Numbered from the whole stretch's first letter, positions 39,454 through 52,946 are shown. The stretch: 63,934 nt of DNA, filler included, from Octopus bimaculoides (GCF_001194135.2; 5 parts of 5 records of this genome joined end to end with filler, not necessarily neighbours in it), one strand, 5' to 3'. Notes: generated by a model not told the origin, from the letters alone. A program made the numbers and translations.

Positions 39454-40332
39454 CATACATACATATTCGGTAATATTGTTCTTACAAAATGAAAGAGTTA
39501 GAGAAAGAAATTGAATCAGAAAATGGAAAATTTAATCTAAAGAAAGACAACAAAAAAAAACGATATAGAGAAAAATATCAACAACAACAACAACAACAAC
39601 AACTATAATAATAATAATAATAATAANNNNNNNNNNNNNNNNNNNNNNNNNNNNNNNNNNNNNNNNNNNNNNNNNNNNNNNNNNNNNNNNNNNNNNNNNN
39701 NNNNNNNNNNNNNNNNNNNNNNNNNNNNNNNNNNNNNNNNNNNNNNNNNNNNNNNNNNNNNNNNNNNNNNNNNNNNNNNNNNNNNNNNNNNNNNNNNNNN
39801 NNNNNNNNNNNNNNNNNNNNNNNNNNNNNNNNNNNNNNNNNNNNNNNNNNNNNNNNNNNNNNNNNNNNNNNNNNNNNNNNNNNNNNNNNNNNNNNNNNNN
39901 NNNNNNNNNNNNNNNNNNNNNNNNNNNNNNNNNNNNNNNNNNNNNNNNNNNNNNNNNNNNNNNNNNNNNNNNNNNNNNNNNNNNNNNNNNNNNNNNNNNN
40001 NNNNNNNNNNNNNNNNNNNNNNNNNNNNNNNNNNNNNNNNNNNNNNNNNNNNNNNNNNNNNNNNNNNNNNNNNNNNNNNNNNNNNNNNNNNNNNNNNNNN
40101 NNNNNNNNNNNNNNNNNNNNNNNNNNNNNNNNNNNNNNNNNNNNNNNNNNNNNNNNNNNNNNNNNNNNNNNNNNNNNNNNNNATATATACATATTTATAT
40201 ATATGTATATATATATATATATATATGTGTACAAATATATATGTTTGTATATATATATATGTATATATATATATACATACATACATGCAAACACACAACA
40301 CATACAAACACATATATACACATTAAATACTG

Positions 40333-40402
<70 letters not shown>

Positions 40403-41106
40403 AGTGGCGGTGCGTGTTGGCATGCATGTGCGCGTCGGCATGCGAATGTGGGTGTGTTTGTGCTTGTTTGCATGTATGTTCGTGTGTATGAACGTGTGTA
40501 TGTGCGTGTGTATGTATGTACGTGTGTTTGTGTATGTACGTGCGTGAGTTTGCGCGCGCGCGTGTGTGTGTGTGTGTGTGCGTGTACAAATATTTATATG
40601 GCGAGTTATTTGAATGCTGCTATCTGAGTTGTGAATGTGTTTGCTCGTATGCGCATCTGTGCGCATGTTTGCATGTATGCATGTTTATGCGATGCATGTT
40701 TATGCGCGCCTGTTTATGCATGCCATGTTAGCGTGCGTGCGTGCATGTTTATATGCGCGTGTTGTTACATGCATGTTGGTGCGTGCATGTCGGTGTGCGC
40801 CGGGTTTTCTGTGTGCCTCTTTGCGCATGTCAGTTTGTGCATGAATTGCTTGCGTGCGCGTGTTTGCGCACAAGTTCGTATGTGCATGCTTATGCATGTA
40901 TGCGAGTGCGTGTTTGTGTGCGTGCGTGTGCGTGCGTGTTCTTACGAGTGTTTATTTGTGTGAAAATGCAAATATTTATATGAATATATTTAGACAGAGT
41001 TGATATAAAGAGCATAAATACAAGTTTATACGTTGCAGATATTTGTTAATATCTGTGTGTGGTTCTGTGTGTGTATGTATGCGTGTGTATATATATGTGT
41101 GTGTGG

Positions 41107-41149
<43 letters not shown>

Positions 41150-41599
41150 AGTGTACATGTATGTGGGTAAGTGTGTGTGTGTATGCGACATGTTAATATC
41201 AGTTGTGTAATAGTGGGTCTCAGTATGCATGTTTAGATGCATGTGTGCGTTTGTATGTATGTATGTATGTATGTATGTATATATGTATATATGGGTGTGT
41301 ATACGTGTGCGTGTGTATATCTGTATGTGTGTACGTGTGTATGTATGTATATATGTGTGTGTGTGTATGTGTGTGTGTGTGTGTGTGGTGAGAGAGGTGT
41401 TTGCATGTGTAAAAATCTTTGTTTATAAATAATTGATCTACGCACCTAGATCGCGCGCGTTCACACACTGGCGCTCTCATACGCACGCGCACACATACAC
41501 ATTCACGTAACATGAACAGACACACACACACACACACACACTCAACAAATATACATACACACATACATACATACATACATACATACACAAACACGTATA

Positions 41600-41642
<43 letters not shown>

Positions 41643-41810
41643 NNNNNNNNNNNNNNNNNNNNNNNNNNNNNNNNNNNNNNNNNNNNNNNNNNNNNNNNNN
41701 NNNNNNNNNNNNNNNNNNNNNNNNNNNNNNNNNNNNNNNNNNNNNNNNNNNNNNNNNNNNNNNNNNNNNNNNNNNNNNNNNNNNNNNNNNNNNNNNNNNN
41801 NNNNNNNNNN

Positions 41811-41849
<39 letters not shown>

Positions 41850-42229
41850 GAAAAGATGTTACAAACTGTGTGTTGTTTTGGACGTATGTGCGTTTGGATT
41901 AATTTGTGTGGGTCTGGATCCATTTGAAAATGTGTGAATATGCGTGCCAGGGTTACGCCACTATATATTTAAAGATGTTTGTGTGTCTGTGTGTGGGTGT
42001 GTGTGTGTGTGTGTGTGTGTGTCTGTGAATTTGTATTGATATGTGTGTGTGTGTACGTGCATTCAAAATTGGTGTATGTATGTAGGTATGTGAATCTATG
42101 TTTATTAAGGATCTATATAGAAGTATGTGTGTGTGTGTGTGTGTGTCGATGCATGGATGTACATAAGCACGTCTTTGTATGTAGGTGATGATAGCTATAT
42201 GTCAGTAGATCTATGTAGAAGTGTGTACT

Positions 42230-42272
<43 letters not shown>

Positions 42273-42427
42273 TGGTATGTGTATATGTGTGGATATATGT
42301 GAATATAATATACATATATATATATGTGTGTGTGTGTGTGTATATATATATAAATATATGTGTATGTATATATATGTGTAAGTGTATATATATATGCATA
42401 TATATACATATATATATATATAAATAA

Positions 42428-42474
<47 letters not shown>

Positions 42475-42475
42475 N
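39200..42475. repeat. Compound (CA/TG/TA/CG)n low-complexity field with gaps
   Basis: Direct reading; source of most spurious [12 protein letters not shown] ORFs. Confidence 0.9.
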
Positions 42476-42829
42476 NNNNNNNNNNNNNNNNNNNNNNNNN
42501 NNNNNNNNNNNNNNNNNNTTAATTAATTAANNNNNNNNNNNNNNNNNNNNNNNNNNNNNNNNNNNNNNNNNNNNTGGTGGTGGTGGTGGTGTCAGTGGTG
42601 GTGGTGGTGTCAGTGGTAGTGGCGGCGGCGGTGGTAGCGACGGTGGTAGTGGTGGTGGCAGCAGTGGTGGCGGCGGTACTGATGGTGATAGAGTTGGTGC
42701 TTGTGTTCTTTTTGTATATTTTTAGCCTCTAATCGGCCCTAATCAGTCCTGTGATCAAAAGTATCTTAGCTGCCGATATCTTTTTTTTTCTTATTTCGAA
42801 TACAGTTTTAACACGAATTGCCACCCTTT

Positions 42830-42934
42830 TTTTAATACCTTACGTTTTAATGCCTTACGTTTTAATGCCTTACGTCTTAATGCCTTACGTTTTAATGCCT
42901 TACGTTTTAATGCCTTACGTTTTAATGCCTTTCG
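42830..42934. repeat. 15-bp minisatellite TTTTAATGCCTTACG x7
   Basis: Seven near-identical units. Confidence 0.95.
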
Positions 42935-43461
42935 TTCGTGTGTGATTTGAGGAAGACGTAACTGCTCTTCCATCTAACTACAATAGCCACGTAGAGTTTC
43001 CCTACCTAGCTCGCCGCTAGGTGGCATTGATCCGGCTAATAATGGTGTTGCTCTTACTGGTTCTGACGCTGGACATGATAACATCAAGAACGATGGTGAT
43101 GATGATGACGACAGCGACGACGACGACGATGACAACGAATTGGGTGAATCATTAAAGAGTTGGAAAGAATACCCTGAGGTATTCGATCCACTCTCGGATT
43201 CCGCTCGGTTGTTTCTCCCTTTGAAAATCGATAAATAAGTGCTAACACAATATTGGAGATGATTTATTTATTTATTTATTTATTTATTTATCTATTTATT
43301 TATTTATTCGTTTGCTTGTTTATTTGTTCCTTCCTTCCTTCCTTCCTTTCATTCTGTCTTTCTTTCTCTCTTTCTTTCTTCCTACTTTTCCTTCTTTCTT
43401 CTTTCGTTTTCTCTGCCCCTCTCTCTTTCTCTCATATATACATATATACATGTATATATGC

Positions 43462-43552
<91 letters not shown>

Positions 43553-44182
43553 NNNNNNNNNNNNNNNNNNNNNNNNNNNNNNNNNNNNNNNNNNNNNNNN
43601 NNNNNNNNNNNNNNNNNNNNNNNNNNNNNNNNNNNNNNNNNNNNNNNNNNNNNNNNNNNNNNNNNNNNNNNNNNNNNNNNNNNNNNNNNNNNNNNNNNNN
43701 NNNNNNNNNNNNNNNNNNNNNNNNNNNNNNNNNNNNNNNNNNNNNNNNNNNNNNNNNNNNNNNNNNNNNNNNNNNNNNNNNNNNNNNNNNNNNNNNNNNN
43801 NNNNNNNNNNNNNNNNNNNNNNNNNNNNNNNNNNNNNNNNNNNNNNNNNNNNNNNNNNNNNNNNNNNNNNNNNNNNNNNNNNNNNNNNNNNNNNNNNNNN
43901 NNNNNNNNNNNNNNNNNNNNNNNNNNNNNNNNNNNNNNNNNNNNNNNNNNNNNNNNNNNNNNNNNNNNNNNNNNNNNNNNNNNNNNNNNNNNNNNNNNNN
44001 NNNNNNNNNNNNNNNNNNNNNNNNNNNNNNNNNNNNNNNNNNNNNNNNNNNNNNNNNNNNNNNNNNNNNNNNNNNNNNNNNNNNNNNNNNNNNNNNNNNN
44101 NNNNNNNNNNNNNNNNNNNNNNNNNNNNNNNNNNNNNNNNNNNNNNNNNNNNNNNNNNNNNNNNNNNNNNNNNNNNNNNNNN

Positions 44183-44220
<38 letters not shown>

Positions 44221-44373
44221 TGTTGAGGTCATAATAATTTTATAAACCTTTGAGAGAACATAAAGTAATTCTTTGTTGGAATAATGGTTCCCGAAGCACA
44301 TCGCACATACCTATACAGAATAGCATGGAAAAATTAGGTTGAAGATACATTTTGGACAAAAGGGGAAGCGAAA

Positions 44374-44445
44374 GCTACCGGTAGGACTCGAACCTACGTC
44401 TGCTGTAGACATGATAGAGGTTCTACCACTGAGATAAAGTAATAT
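44374..44445 (-). pseudogene. tRNA-like pseudogene
   Basis: ~72 nt; A-box-like TCTCAGTGGTAGA, perfect T-arm GTAGG-TTCGAGT-CCTAC, 3' acceptor strand CGGTAGC; anticodon arm not resolvable. Confidence 0.4.
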
Positions 44446-47094
44446 TTCGAATTCTTCTCTCAATTTTAGAAATTTTATTCTTACCAGCGAGAATTCCATG
44501 TTGTTGACATCATAAGAATTTTTAAAACTTTATGTAGTGTACACATCTTTTTGTATATTAATATACAATTTTATCTACATTGTGGAATTTATATTTTTTC
44601 GCGGACAATTTCCCTCAGTTTAAGTTCTTAGCAGACTGGAAACTAATGACGTTAATCTCAAGCTTTCTATCCTACGTATATTCACAGTTACACTCACTAT
44701 ACATACCAAAACAATAATCCTTCAACACGAGAGTTCCTATTCTCGTGTTAAAGAATTCCCCTATATTCGTTCCCACTCACAACTGCAGCGATATGGACCC
44801 GCCATCTTTCTACTTTTTACATTACTGCTATGAAACGATAGAATTTCAAAATGTCCATCTTTCATGGTAGTCTAGGAATGATTACAAAAGCCATGGGACT
44901 GCTGCAGTTTTCAATATCTTTATTTTAAGTTTAAAAAAATATTAAAAACTCTCCTTAAGGCCTAGAGATGAAAACAAACGAATAGGATTGCTAATATTTA
45001 GCTTTGAGCCAGAAACTAAATCTGCTTTGGCATATGATCCAAATCTTGGGTACTGTGTAACAGTCAGTCCTACGTTAAACTCATCATCTGTAAACTTCTA
45101 CCACTAATTGTATATTTAACCACACAGTGGTTTATATGTGTGTGTATCTATATATATATTTATATGTGTGCATTTGTTTGTGCGTTAATGTATGTGTCTG
45201 TGCGCGCTCGCATGTGTATTTTAGTCTGCATATGTGTATTCGTATGTGTTATAGGTTACCGGTGACAGCTTATTTTAAAACTGTTAAACGAAAAAACAGA
45301 CTGCGTTCTAATTTTCCGTCTTTTATTCTTACGTTATTTTTAAAATGTCAGTTAGGATTTGGAACATTAAATTCGCAATATTACCTTTACACGTGATCAA
45401 TTTCATCGACATTTCTGGGGCTACTTGACCCAATTCTCAAGATGATGTATAGTTAACTGTCTTAACTAACGGTGCTAATAGAAGTGACAAGAAGTTCAAA
45501 TCTTTGATTTTCAATATCCTTGGTTCTCATTGGTCACATCTGAATATTTTTATTCGTTGGTCTTAACTAAAGTGTTTCAACATATTGTACATGTCTGTTT
45601 TATAGCTGTTAACTTTTCGCTTATATTTTAGATATTTTAATCCATTCCGTTATTAATGTTCTGTTAAGTGGATTATTTTACAAAACTGAGTTTTTTGCAA
45701 TATTTAGTTTCATTCAACTTCGTTCAAAGTTCTTCTCATTCTTCAGACTCGATAGTATTTATATCATTTAAATATATCGTTTTTTTTTTTTAATGCAATC
45801 TGCCATACTTCCGCCATTTCATATTTTATTTCTTGTATCTCTTCGAAAGAAATCAACATTAATCTAAAACACTTTTCTATCTGTTCGGAAGTTGTACTTA
45901 TTCGACAAGTGACTTGATCTGAAGTTATATGTATAAAGTGAAACATCTGTTTCGTTGCTGGGATATAAATGCATTTTAAATATAACACACACTGTTTATA
46001 TTTAGTATTATTCCATTTCATTATATAAAGATAATCGAACAAAGTATTCGTGGGCAGATCATACATGTACGACGAATGACTGTGATACAAAATATGAAAT
46101 ACTTTTTCAATATATTATTTTGTATATATTTGCATTAAATCATAGTTTCTCATAGGAATTGGGCAAGTTTCTCTGTGGTGATGCTGTGAGCACTGAAAAG
46201 GAGGTAGCGAAATTGCCAAGTTGAATAAAGTTCTATGGTTTTAAACTTTCAAAACTTGTTCAACATCATGACAATTAAAGAAAAATAAAGAAAACTTATA
46301 TGGTTGCAAAATCTCTTTTGGTTTCTCATATATAGTAGGTGATATAGATGGGGCTAAAGTAAAAGAATTTAATTGTTATTTTTGTGGGTTGCAGATTCTG
46401 CTATTTGTTCTAAATATCTAATAAAGGTCGACCAAGATTTGTGGTTCATTACGTACTTTTATAATAAATATTATGACATACCGCTTACAATGGTGCATTT
46501 TGTAAATATGAAGTTAGCCTTGTTTCATTTCTAACGATTCTGCCAACTTGCCGACATGCAATAAATATATATTAAGTATGAGTAATAATTGCTAAAATAC
46601 TTGTAAGCAACTAACTTTCTGTCCACACAATCATCTCTTTCGTGCGTTGATTGCTGCACATGTGTGCGCGCGCATATGCGTCCAGTTTAGATGTTACGAT
46701 GTTCACAATTCTGGACTTTATTTACTTGGTCGTTTACTTCAACCTTTGACGTTACAACAGTCAGTTGGAATACGTTAGTGCTCCACTAACTTCAGCTGGA
46801 AATGACATAATCAACAATACACACGTTTGCATATTCTGCTGGACAGATTTCTAAGTTGAAACATCGTTATATATTCGTTCCCTCTAAAAGACAGACTGAA
46901 ATCAAAGAAATTGTAATAAAGTAAAGACATAGGATATTCCACGAGGAATAAGTATTAAAACCAGTTATGACCTCAACCAAAGGAGGGAGGAAACGGCTTA
47001 TCGCTATCGTTCAGACCCTGGCATTACGCATACAAACATTCCAGTATATAATGACTAAGCAAGGATTTATTCATGTCAAGGGAAAAACAAAGTG

Positions 47095-47346
47095 CCGCCA
47101 TCACCACCACCACCGCCGACACGACTAATACCACCGCCAACACTATCGTCGTGGTCATATCATCGTCGTCGTCAACGTCATCATCATCTTCATCTCACCA
47201 CCATCACCACCACTTCTACCATCATCACCACCATCACCACCGTTACCACTACCAGTACCAAATTCAAGATCATATCCGCAGTTCTCCTCCTTCTCATCAT
47301 CATAGTCGTGGTCGTCGTCGTCGTTGTTACCACTACCATCATCACC

Positions 47347-47394
<48 letters not shown>

Positions 47395-47397
47395 ACC
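47095..47397. repeat. Compound trinucleotide tract (CAC/CAT/CGT/CAA)
   Basis: Direct reading. Confidence 0.85.
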
Positions 47398-47974
47398 AAC
47401 ATATTCTCTAAGTATGCAGACACGAGAATGAAACCTGTAAATTATTACAAATTGAAAATTCCCCACATAAAATTATCTTAATTACAGGTAGAAATAGTAC
47501 ACCTGGTATTTCAAATCTTTTTGAACCTGATATGGCGATCAGCAGAAAAGGAAGTGAACTTTAATAAGGAAACTCAGGAGATTTGGGGGGGGGGGGGTCC
47601 TGTTTCTAAATTGTGATAAAAACACGGCATTTTGGAACCATTTAGTTGGTCAAAATATCTTTTTGAAAGTTCAAGCCAGGATTACGCTAATGCTTTTCCA
47701 AACACATGATGCAAGTCCAATTATTTTTTGTAACATGTTCGAGAGTTAAGACTTGGATTTTCGCAATGCTAGCACTCTTGGCTTTGGTAAATATCCTTAA
47801 AACTCATCATACTGGTAGTCAGCAAAATGAACTTTGCAACTAATGGAGAAACCTCGCCCACAAAAGTTCACGAGAAAACATTTTGATTTGGCTGCTCCAA
47901 CTTTTACTGAAGTTCTACTAACCCTTAATCTAACCATCATGATATAAGCTAGTATTTATTATTCTCCTTAGGAT

Positions 47975-48120
47975 GATAAGCTGGCAGAATCATTAGCACG
48001 CCGTGGAAAAATGCTTAATGGTATTTTCACGTTCCGGGTTCAAATTCCGCCAATGTTGACTTTGCCTTTCATCCTTTTAGTGTAGATAACCAGTGGAACC
48101 GATGTTCTCGATTTACCCCA
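47975..48120 (+). mobile_element. SINE family B, degraded
   Basis: AAGCTGGCAGAATCATTAGCACGCCG..GGTTCAAATTCCGCC..TTTGCCTTTCATCC. Confidence 0.75.
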
Positions 48121-48189
48121 AGAATTTTTGTAAATTAACCCAGTAGCTGAAGGTAATTATTTGTCAACATGGAAGAAGGGAAAGCAAAG

Positions 48190-48630
48190 CCGAGGTTTTC
48201 TTTTTCTTTTTCTCTTACAAGTTTCAGTCTTGTGCCCACCCTGGAGCAGCTCCTCGAAAGGTTTAGTCGAACAAATCAACTTCAGTACTTATTGTATATG
48301 TGATATCGGTCTCTGCCGGATCCCTAGATCCGGCAGAGACCGATATCAGAGAACTCTAGATCCGTATCTCTAGATACGTAGACGTAAGCAAAACAAAGAT
48401 GTCAAGTGGTATGGGCGGGGCAAGCAAAAAGACGCGGCACGTACACATACATAAATACGCACGCGCACACACATATACGACGGGCTTTCACGCAGTTTCT
48501 GTTTACCAAATCCACTCACAAGACTTTCTCGGCCCGAGGTATTTAGCAGAAAACCCCTAAAGTATCATGCAGAGGGACTAACTCCGAATCCACGGGGTTG
48601 CGAAGGGAACTTCTTAATCACACAGTCATG
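48190..48630 (-). mobile_element. SINE family A, long form, containing a snap-back insertion
   Basis: CGACGGGCTT..ACCAAATCCACTCACAAG; TTTAGTCGAACAAATC tail. Confidence 0.7.
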
Positions 48631-48855
48631 TCTATTCAAGATTGTACAACGATTAAGAAAAAACGCGAATGGTGCTGTAAAAATTAACTGAAAATTATAT
48701 ACCGTGAATTTGCATTAAGAAATGTGTCGCTGAAGAGGTCACAGATGTGTGACGAAAGATTTCCGGACGATGGCCATGAGTTAGAATAAGAAAAGTAATA
48801 AACGAGTGAAAAACAAATACACAGTGCGAGTGTCTATTTGGCAAAAAAAAAAACC

Positions 48856-49023
48856 GCAGGAGTGGTTGTGTGGTAAGTAGCTTGCTTACTAACCACATGG
48901 TTTCGGGTTCAGTCCCACTGCGTGGCATCTTGGGCAAGTATCCTCTACTATAGCCTCGGGCCGACCGAAGCCTTGTGAGTGGATTTGGTAGACGGAAACT
49001 GAAAGAAGCCTGTCGTATATATG

Positions 49024-49068
<45 letters not shown>
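48856..49068 (+). mobile_element. SINE family A, young copy
   Basis: GGAGTGGTTGTGTGGTAAGTAGCTTGCTTACTAACCACATGGTTTCGGGTTCAGTCCC..GAAAGAAGCCTGTCGTATAT. Confidence 0.9.
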
Positions 49069-50036
49069 NNNNNNNNNNNNNNNNNNNNNNNNNNNNNNNN
49101 NNNNNNNNNNNNNNNNNNNNNNNNNNNNNNNNNNNNNNNNNNNNNNNNNNNNNNNNNNNNNNNNNNNNNNNNNNNNNNNNNNNNNNNNNNNNNNNNNNNN
49201 NNNNNNNNNNNNNNNNNNNNNNNNNNNNNNNNNNNNNNNNNNNNNNNNNNNNNNNNNNNNNNNNNNNNNNNNNNNNNNNNNNNNNNNNNNNNNNNNNNNN
49301 NNNNNNNNNNNNNNNNNNNNNNNNNNNNNNNNNNNNNNNNNNNNNNNNNNNNNNNNNNNNNNNNNNNNNNNNNNNNNNNNNNNNNNNNNNNNNNNNNNNN
49401 NNNNNNNNNNNNNNNNNNNNNNNNNNNNNNNNNNNNNNNNNNNNNNNNNNNNNNNNNNNNNNNNNNNNNNNNNNNNNNNNNNNNNNNNNNNNNNNNNNNN
49501 NNNNNNNNNNNNNNNNNNNNNNNNNNNNNNNNNNNNNNNNNNNNNNNNNNNNNNNNNNNNNNNNNNNNNNNNNNNNNNNNNNNNNNNNNNNNNNNNNNNN
49601 NNNNNNNNNNNNNNNNNNNNNNNNNNNNNNNNNNNNNNNNNNNNNNNNNNNNNNNNNNNNNNNNNNNNNNNNNNNNNNNNNNNNNNNNNNNNNNNNNNNN
49701 NNNNNNNNNNNNNNNNNNNNNNNNNNNNNNNNNNNNNNNNNNNNNNNNNNNNNNNNNNNNNNNNNNNNNNNNNNNNNNNNNNNNNNNNNNNNNNNNNNNN
49801 NNNNNNNNNNNNNNNNNNNNNNNNNNNNNNNNNNNNNNNNNNNNNNNNNNNNNNNNNNNNNNNNNNNNNNNNNNNNNNNNNNNNNNNNNNNNNNNNNNNN
49901 NNNNNNNNNNNNNNNNNNNNNNNNNNNNNNNNNNNNNNNNNNNNNNNNNNNNNNNNNNNNNNNNNNNNNNNNNNNNNNNNNNNNNNNNNNNNNNNNNNNN
50001 NNNNNNNNNNNNNNNNNNNNNNNNNNNNNNNNNNNN

Positions 50037-50422
50037 TAAATTGATTACATCGACCCCAGTGCATAACTGATACTTAATTTATCGGCCTCGAAAGGATGAA
50101 AGGCAAAGTCGACCTCAGCGGAATATGAACTCAGAACACAAAGACAGACAAAATACTGCTAAGCATTTCGCCTGGCGTGCTAACGTTTCTTATTTCTTTA
50201 TTGCCCACATGGGGCTAAACATAGAGGGGACAAACAAGGACAGACAAACGGATTAAATTGATTACATCGACCCCAGTGCATAACTGATACTTAATTTATC
50301 GGCCTCGAAAGGATGAAAGGCAAAGTCGACCTCGGCGGAATTTGAACTCAGAACGTAACGGTAGACGAAATACCGCTAAGCATTTCGCTCGGCATGCTAA
50401 CGTTTCTGCCAGCTCGCTGCCG
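50037..50422 (-). mobile_element. Head-to-tail dimer of SINE family B (left end in gap)
   Basis: Same AACGTTTC|TTATTTCTTT junction as the 30.8-kb dimer. Confidence 0.85.
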
Positions 50423-50432
50423 TAGCAAAGAG

Positions 50433-50693
50433 TTATATTGGAGACATAACCAGGTGTAGGAGGTTGGTCCGGGATTTTTGGAGAAATATGTCCAGAGAAC
50501 TTTTGAATTTTCTGGGATCTGTTTCAGTGTTGGTGTATTTTGGTATAATATTATAGAGAGCTGGAGTGGTTGGGGTAAAGTAGCTGTGCCGTAATGTTAT
50601 GTGTCTTGAGTTCGATTTTTGTCGTGGGCGCATAACATGGGGGTGGGGTTGAATTCTCGAAAGAAAAGCGAGCCTTCCAATGTATTTGTGCAT
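50433..50693 (-). mobile_element. CR1/Jockey-group LINE 3' fragment
   Basis: HITLRHSYFTPTTPALYNIIPK...ETDPRKFKSSLDIFLQK, resembling the post-RT C-terminal helix of CR1-like LINEs. Confidence 0.65.
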
Positions 50694-51055
50694 AAGTATG
50701 TGAGAAAGAAGGAAAGAAAAGTAAGTAAGAAAGAAAGATAGGAAGAATGAAGAAAAGAAGGAAAAGAAAGGAATATAGTCAGAAGAGAAAGAGAAGAAAA
50801 GCAGTGTTAGTGAAGTGGGCTACTTAGAGTAGGTGAGGTTGAGTGAATGAGAAGTAGAACATTATCAGAGCAGTGGATGACTCATGAGAAGTAAAGCATC
50901 TAGCAGAAGCCGGGTCACGTGTCATCAGTGCAAAGTGGTTCGCAACACAGACGCTGACACTATCAGCTGACAATAATAACTGTTGAAGATTGCGGGGGCG
51001 TTTAACAGCTTGAAGGTATTCACATCCGTCACCCTTTTTACCAATACACACGCAC

Positions 51056-51095
<40 letters not shown>

Positions 51096-51501
51096 ATGCA
51101 CACGCGCACGCACACACACGAAACACACATGCATGGACCCACGCACACACATACAAAATATACAACTCATTCACGCCAGTGTGTTTGTGTGTGTGTGTGT
51201 GTATTGATGTATGAGCGTGTGTGTGTGTGTGTGTTTGCCTGTCCATTTATTTGTTCGAGCGGCTATATTTATGTCTGGGTATATGGTTGGATATCTGGTT
51301 GGCTGGTTGGATGAATGGATGGATGGATGGATGGATGTGTCTATGTCCGTGTGTGTACTTATATATGTGTGTTTGTAACTTTAAAAGATTATATTTGTGG
51401 AACATGAAAATATCCACCCAGAAGCAATTTTTATGCACATGACTAAATGAGTTAATGTGAGGAAAGACGGGCGTTCAGAATAGGTATACATATGTATATA
51501 T

Positions 51502-51555
<54 letters not shown>

Positions 51556-51589
51556 ATACGCATACACACACACACACACACCTAAAGAT

Positions 51590-51682
<93 letters not shown>

Positions 51683-51685
51683 TGC

Positions 51686-52030
51686 ATATATGGGTACAGG
51701 ACGTCACCAACAGTAAACAACATGAAATACGAAAACAAATGAGTTCAATACGCAAACAACGAAAGGAACAAATGGGAAACAGGACAAGTAACACAAAGAA
51801 CGACCCTTCATCAGTTTTCGGATGACTATCTTCTCCTCATTTCGAGCATTGAATGACAATATAAGTCTTCGAAGACAGTAGCTCCCGTAAACACCAAACT
51901 AAAATTATGTATTTATGGAGGGTCAAAGTTGGGAAGAAAAACAGGACAATGGAAACATACAAGGAAACCGAACGAAAACAAACATGGAGGGTCGTTACAC
52001 CAGAACGAGGGGAAAATAGCGAACGCTGGA
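51686..52030. mobile_element. Probable Penelope-like terminal-repeat remnant
   Basis: Purine-rich ACAAAC/GAAAC blocks with GACCCTTCATCAG similar in style to the 32.5-34.6 kb repeats; inference only. Confidence 0.3.
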
Positions 52031-52827
52031 GATGTATGTATGCATGTATGTATATATGTATGCATGTATGTATGTATGTATGTATGTATGTATGTATGTA
52101 TGTATGTATGTATGTATGCATGTATGTATGTATGCATATAAAGTCGTGGTATGTGCGTTCCGTTACTTAATAAATGAAAATAAAAATGCATTGTAAATAA
52201 ACAACGACACGTAAAAAACGTATATGTATATTGAGTGTGTAAACGGGCGGGAGGCAGATACAGAAGGTCCCTAGTTCTTCTTTAGTTATCAGCCCAATGG
52301 TAATACTCAGTTTCGCACCATTATTGATAAGACTGAGAACTTCCCATGCTGGCAGTGCCCGAGAATTTATATATATATATATATAAGTAGATCTTTCGCA
52401 CATGCACAGATATTTAGTCCTTTAATGTGGTGCAGCGCATTTATTTTTGTTCTCTAATGAATGGATATTGAAGTGAGCCCGGTACAAAATATGGCTCATA
52501 TGTGCAGACTAGAACACTTATTTTCCCGTGTTCCGGGATATACCCAACTTCCCTTATCCGGCACACCAATGATATAACACTGACATAGATTCTTATCAAA
52601 ACTTAAGAGACTATCCTCTTTTTTTCCGGCCTCATTTATATTGAAGTCACATGAATATATTTTACTAGTTTAAGTTGTCTCTGAACTTCAATACAAGTCC
52701 ACTAGAATTTATATTCTAGTGATACTAGAATACTAGTTCCAGGTCATGAACAAGAACTATGAGTAATATTACTTTGATTTCCTGCATAAGGACTTGATCC
52801 TATATCAACTTGATAAGAGATTTAGCG

Positions 52828-52946
52828 TGGAGGCGCAATGGCCCGGTGGTTTGGGCAGCGGACTCGCGGTCATAGGATCGCGATTTCGATTCCCAGACCG
52901 GGCGTTGTGGGTGTTTATTGAGCGAAAGCACCTAAAGCTCCACGAG
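52828..52946 (+). mobile_element. SINE family C, 5' part only
   Basis: TGGAGGCGCAATGGCCCGGTGG..GGACTCGCGG..TTTCGATTCCCAGACC (Arg-tRNA-like head); truncated at a hairpin. Confidence 0.85.

Noticed and set aside
42830-42934. CRISPR-like array (also the SINE tandems)
   Set aside because: No unique spacers, eukaryotic context, no cas genes
42791-42973. (RKALK)n basic peptide ORF
   Set aside because: Translation of the 15-bp minisatellite
43021-43170. Acidic exon-like frame GIDPANNG..DDDD..ELGESLKSWKEYPE with AG/GT ends
   Set aside because: Mostly a decayed GAT/GGT repeat; open in two frames for compositional reasons
45060-45091. SECIS or snoRNA call for ATGATGA..CTGA
   Set aside because: Only 13 nt between the motifs; too short for either
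45764-46090. 108-aa minus-strand ORF
   Set aside because: AT-rich, no recognisable motif or convincing splice signals
47073-47411. Poly-His/poly-Gln ORF resembling a transcription-factor low-complexity region
   Set aside because: Entirely a compound trinucleotide microsatellite, open in several frames on both strands
51790-51830. CTGATGAAGGG on the minus strand
   Set aside because: No downstream GAAA or stem II/III; not a hammerhead as it stands
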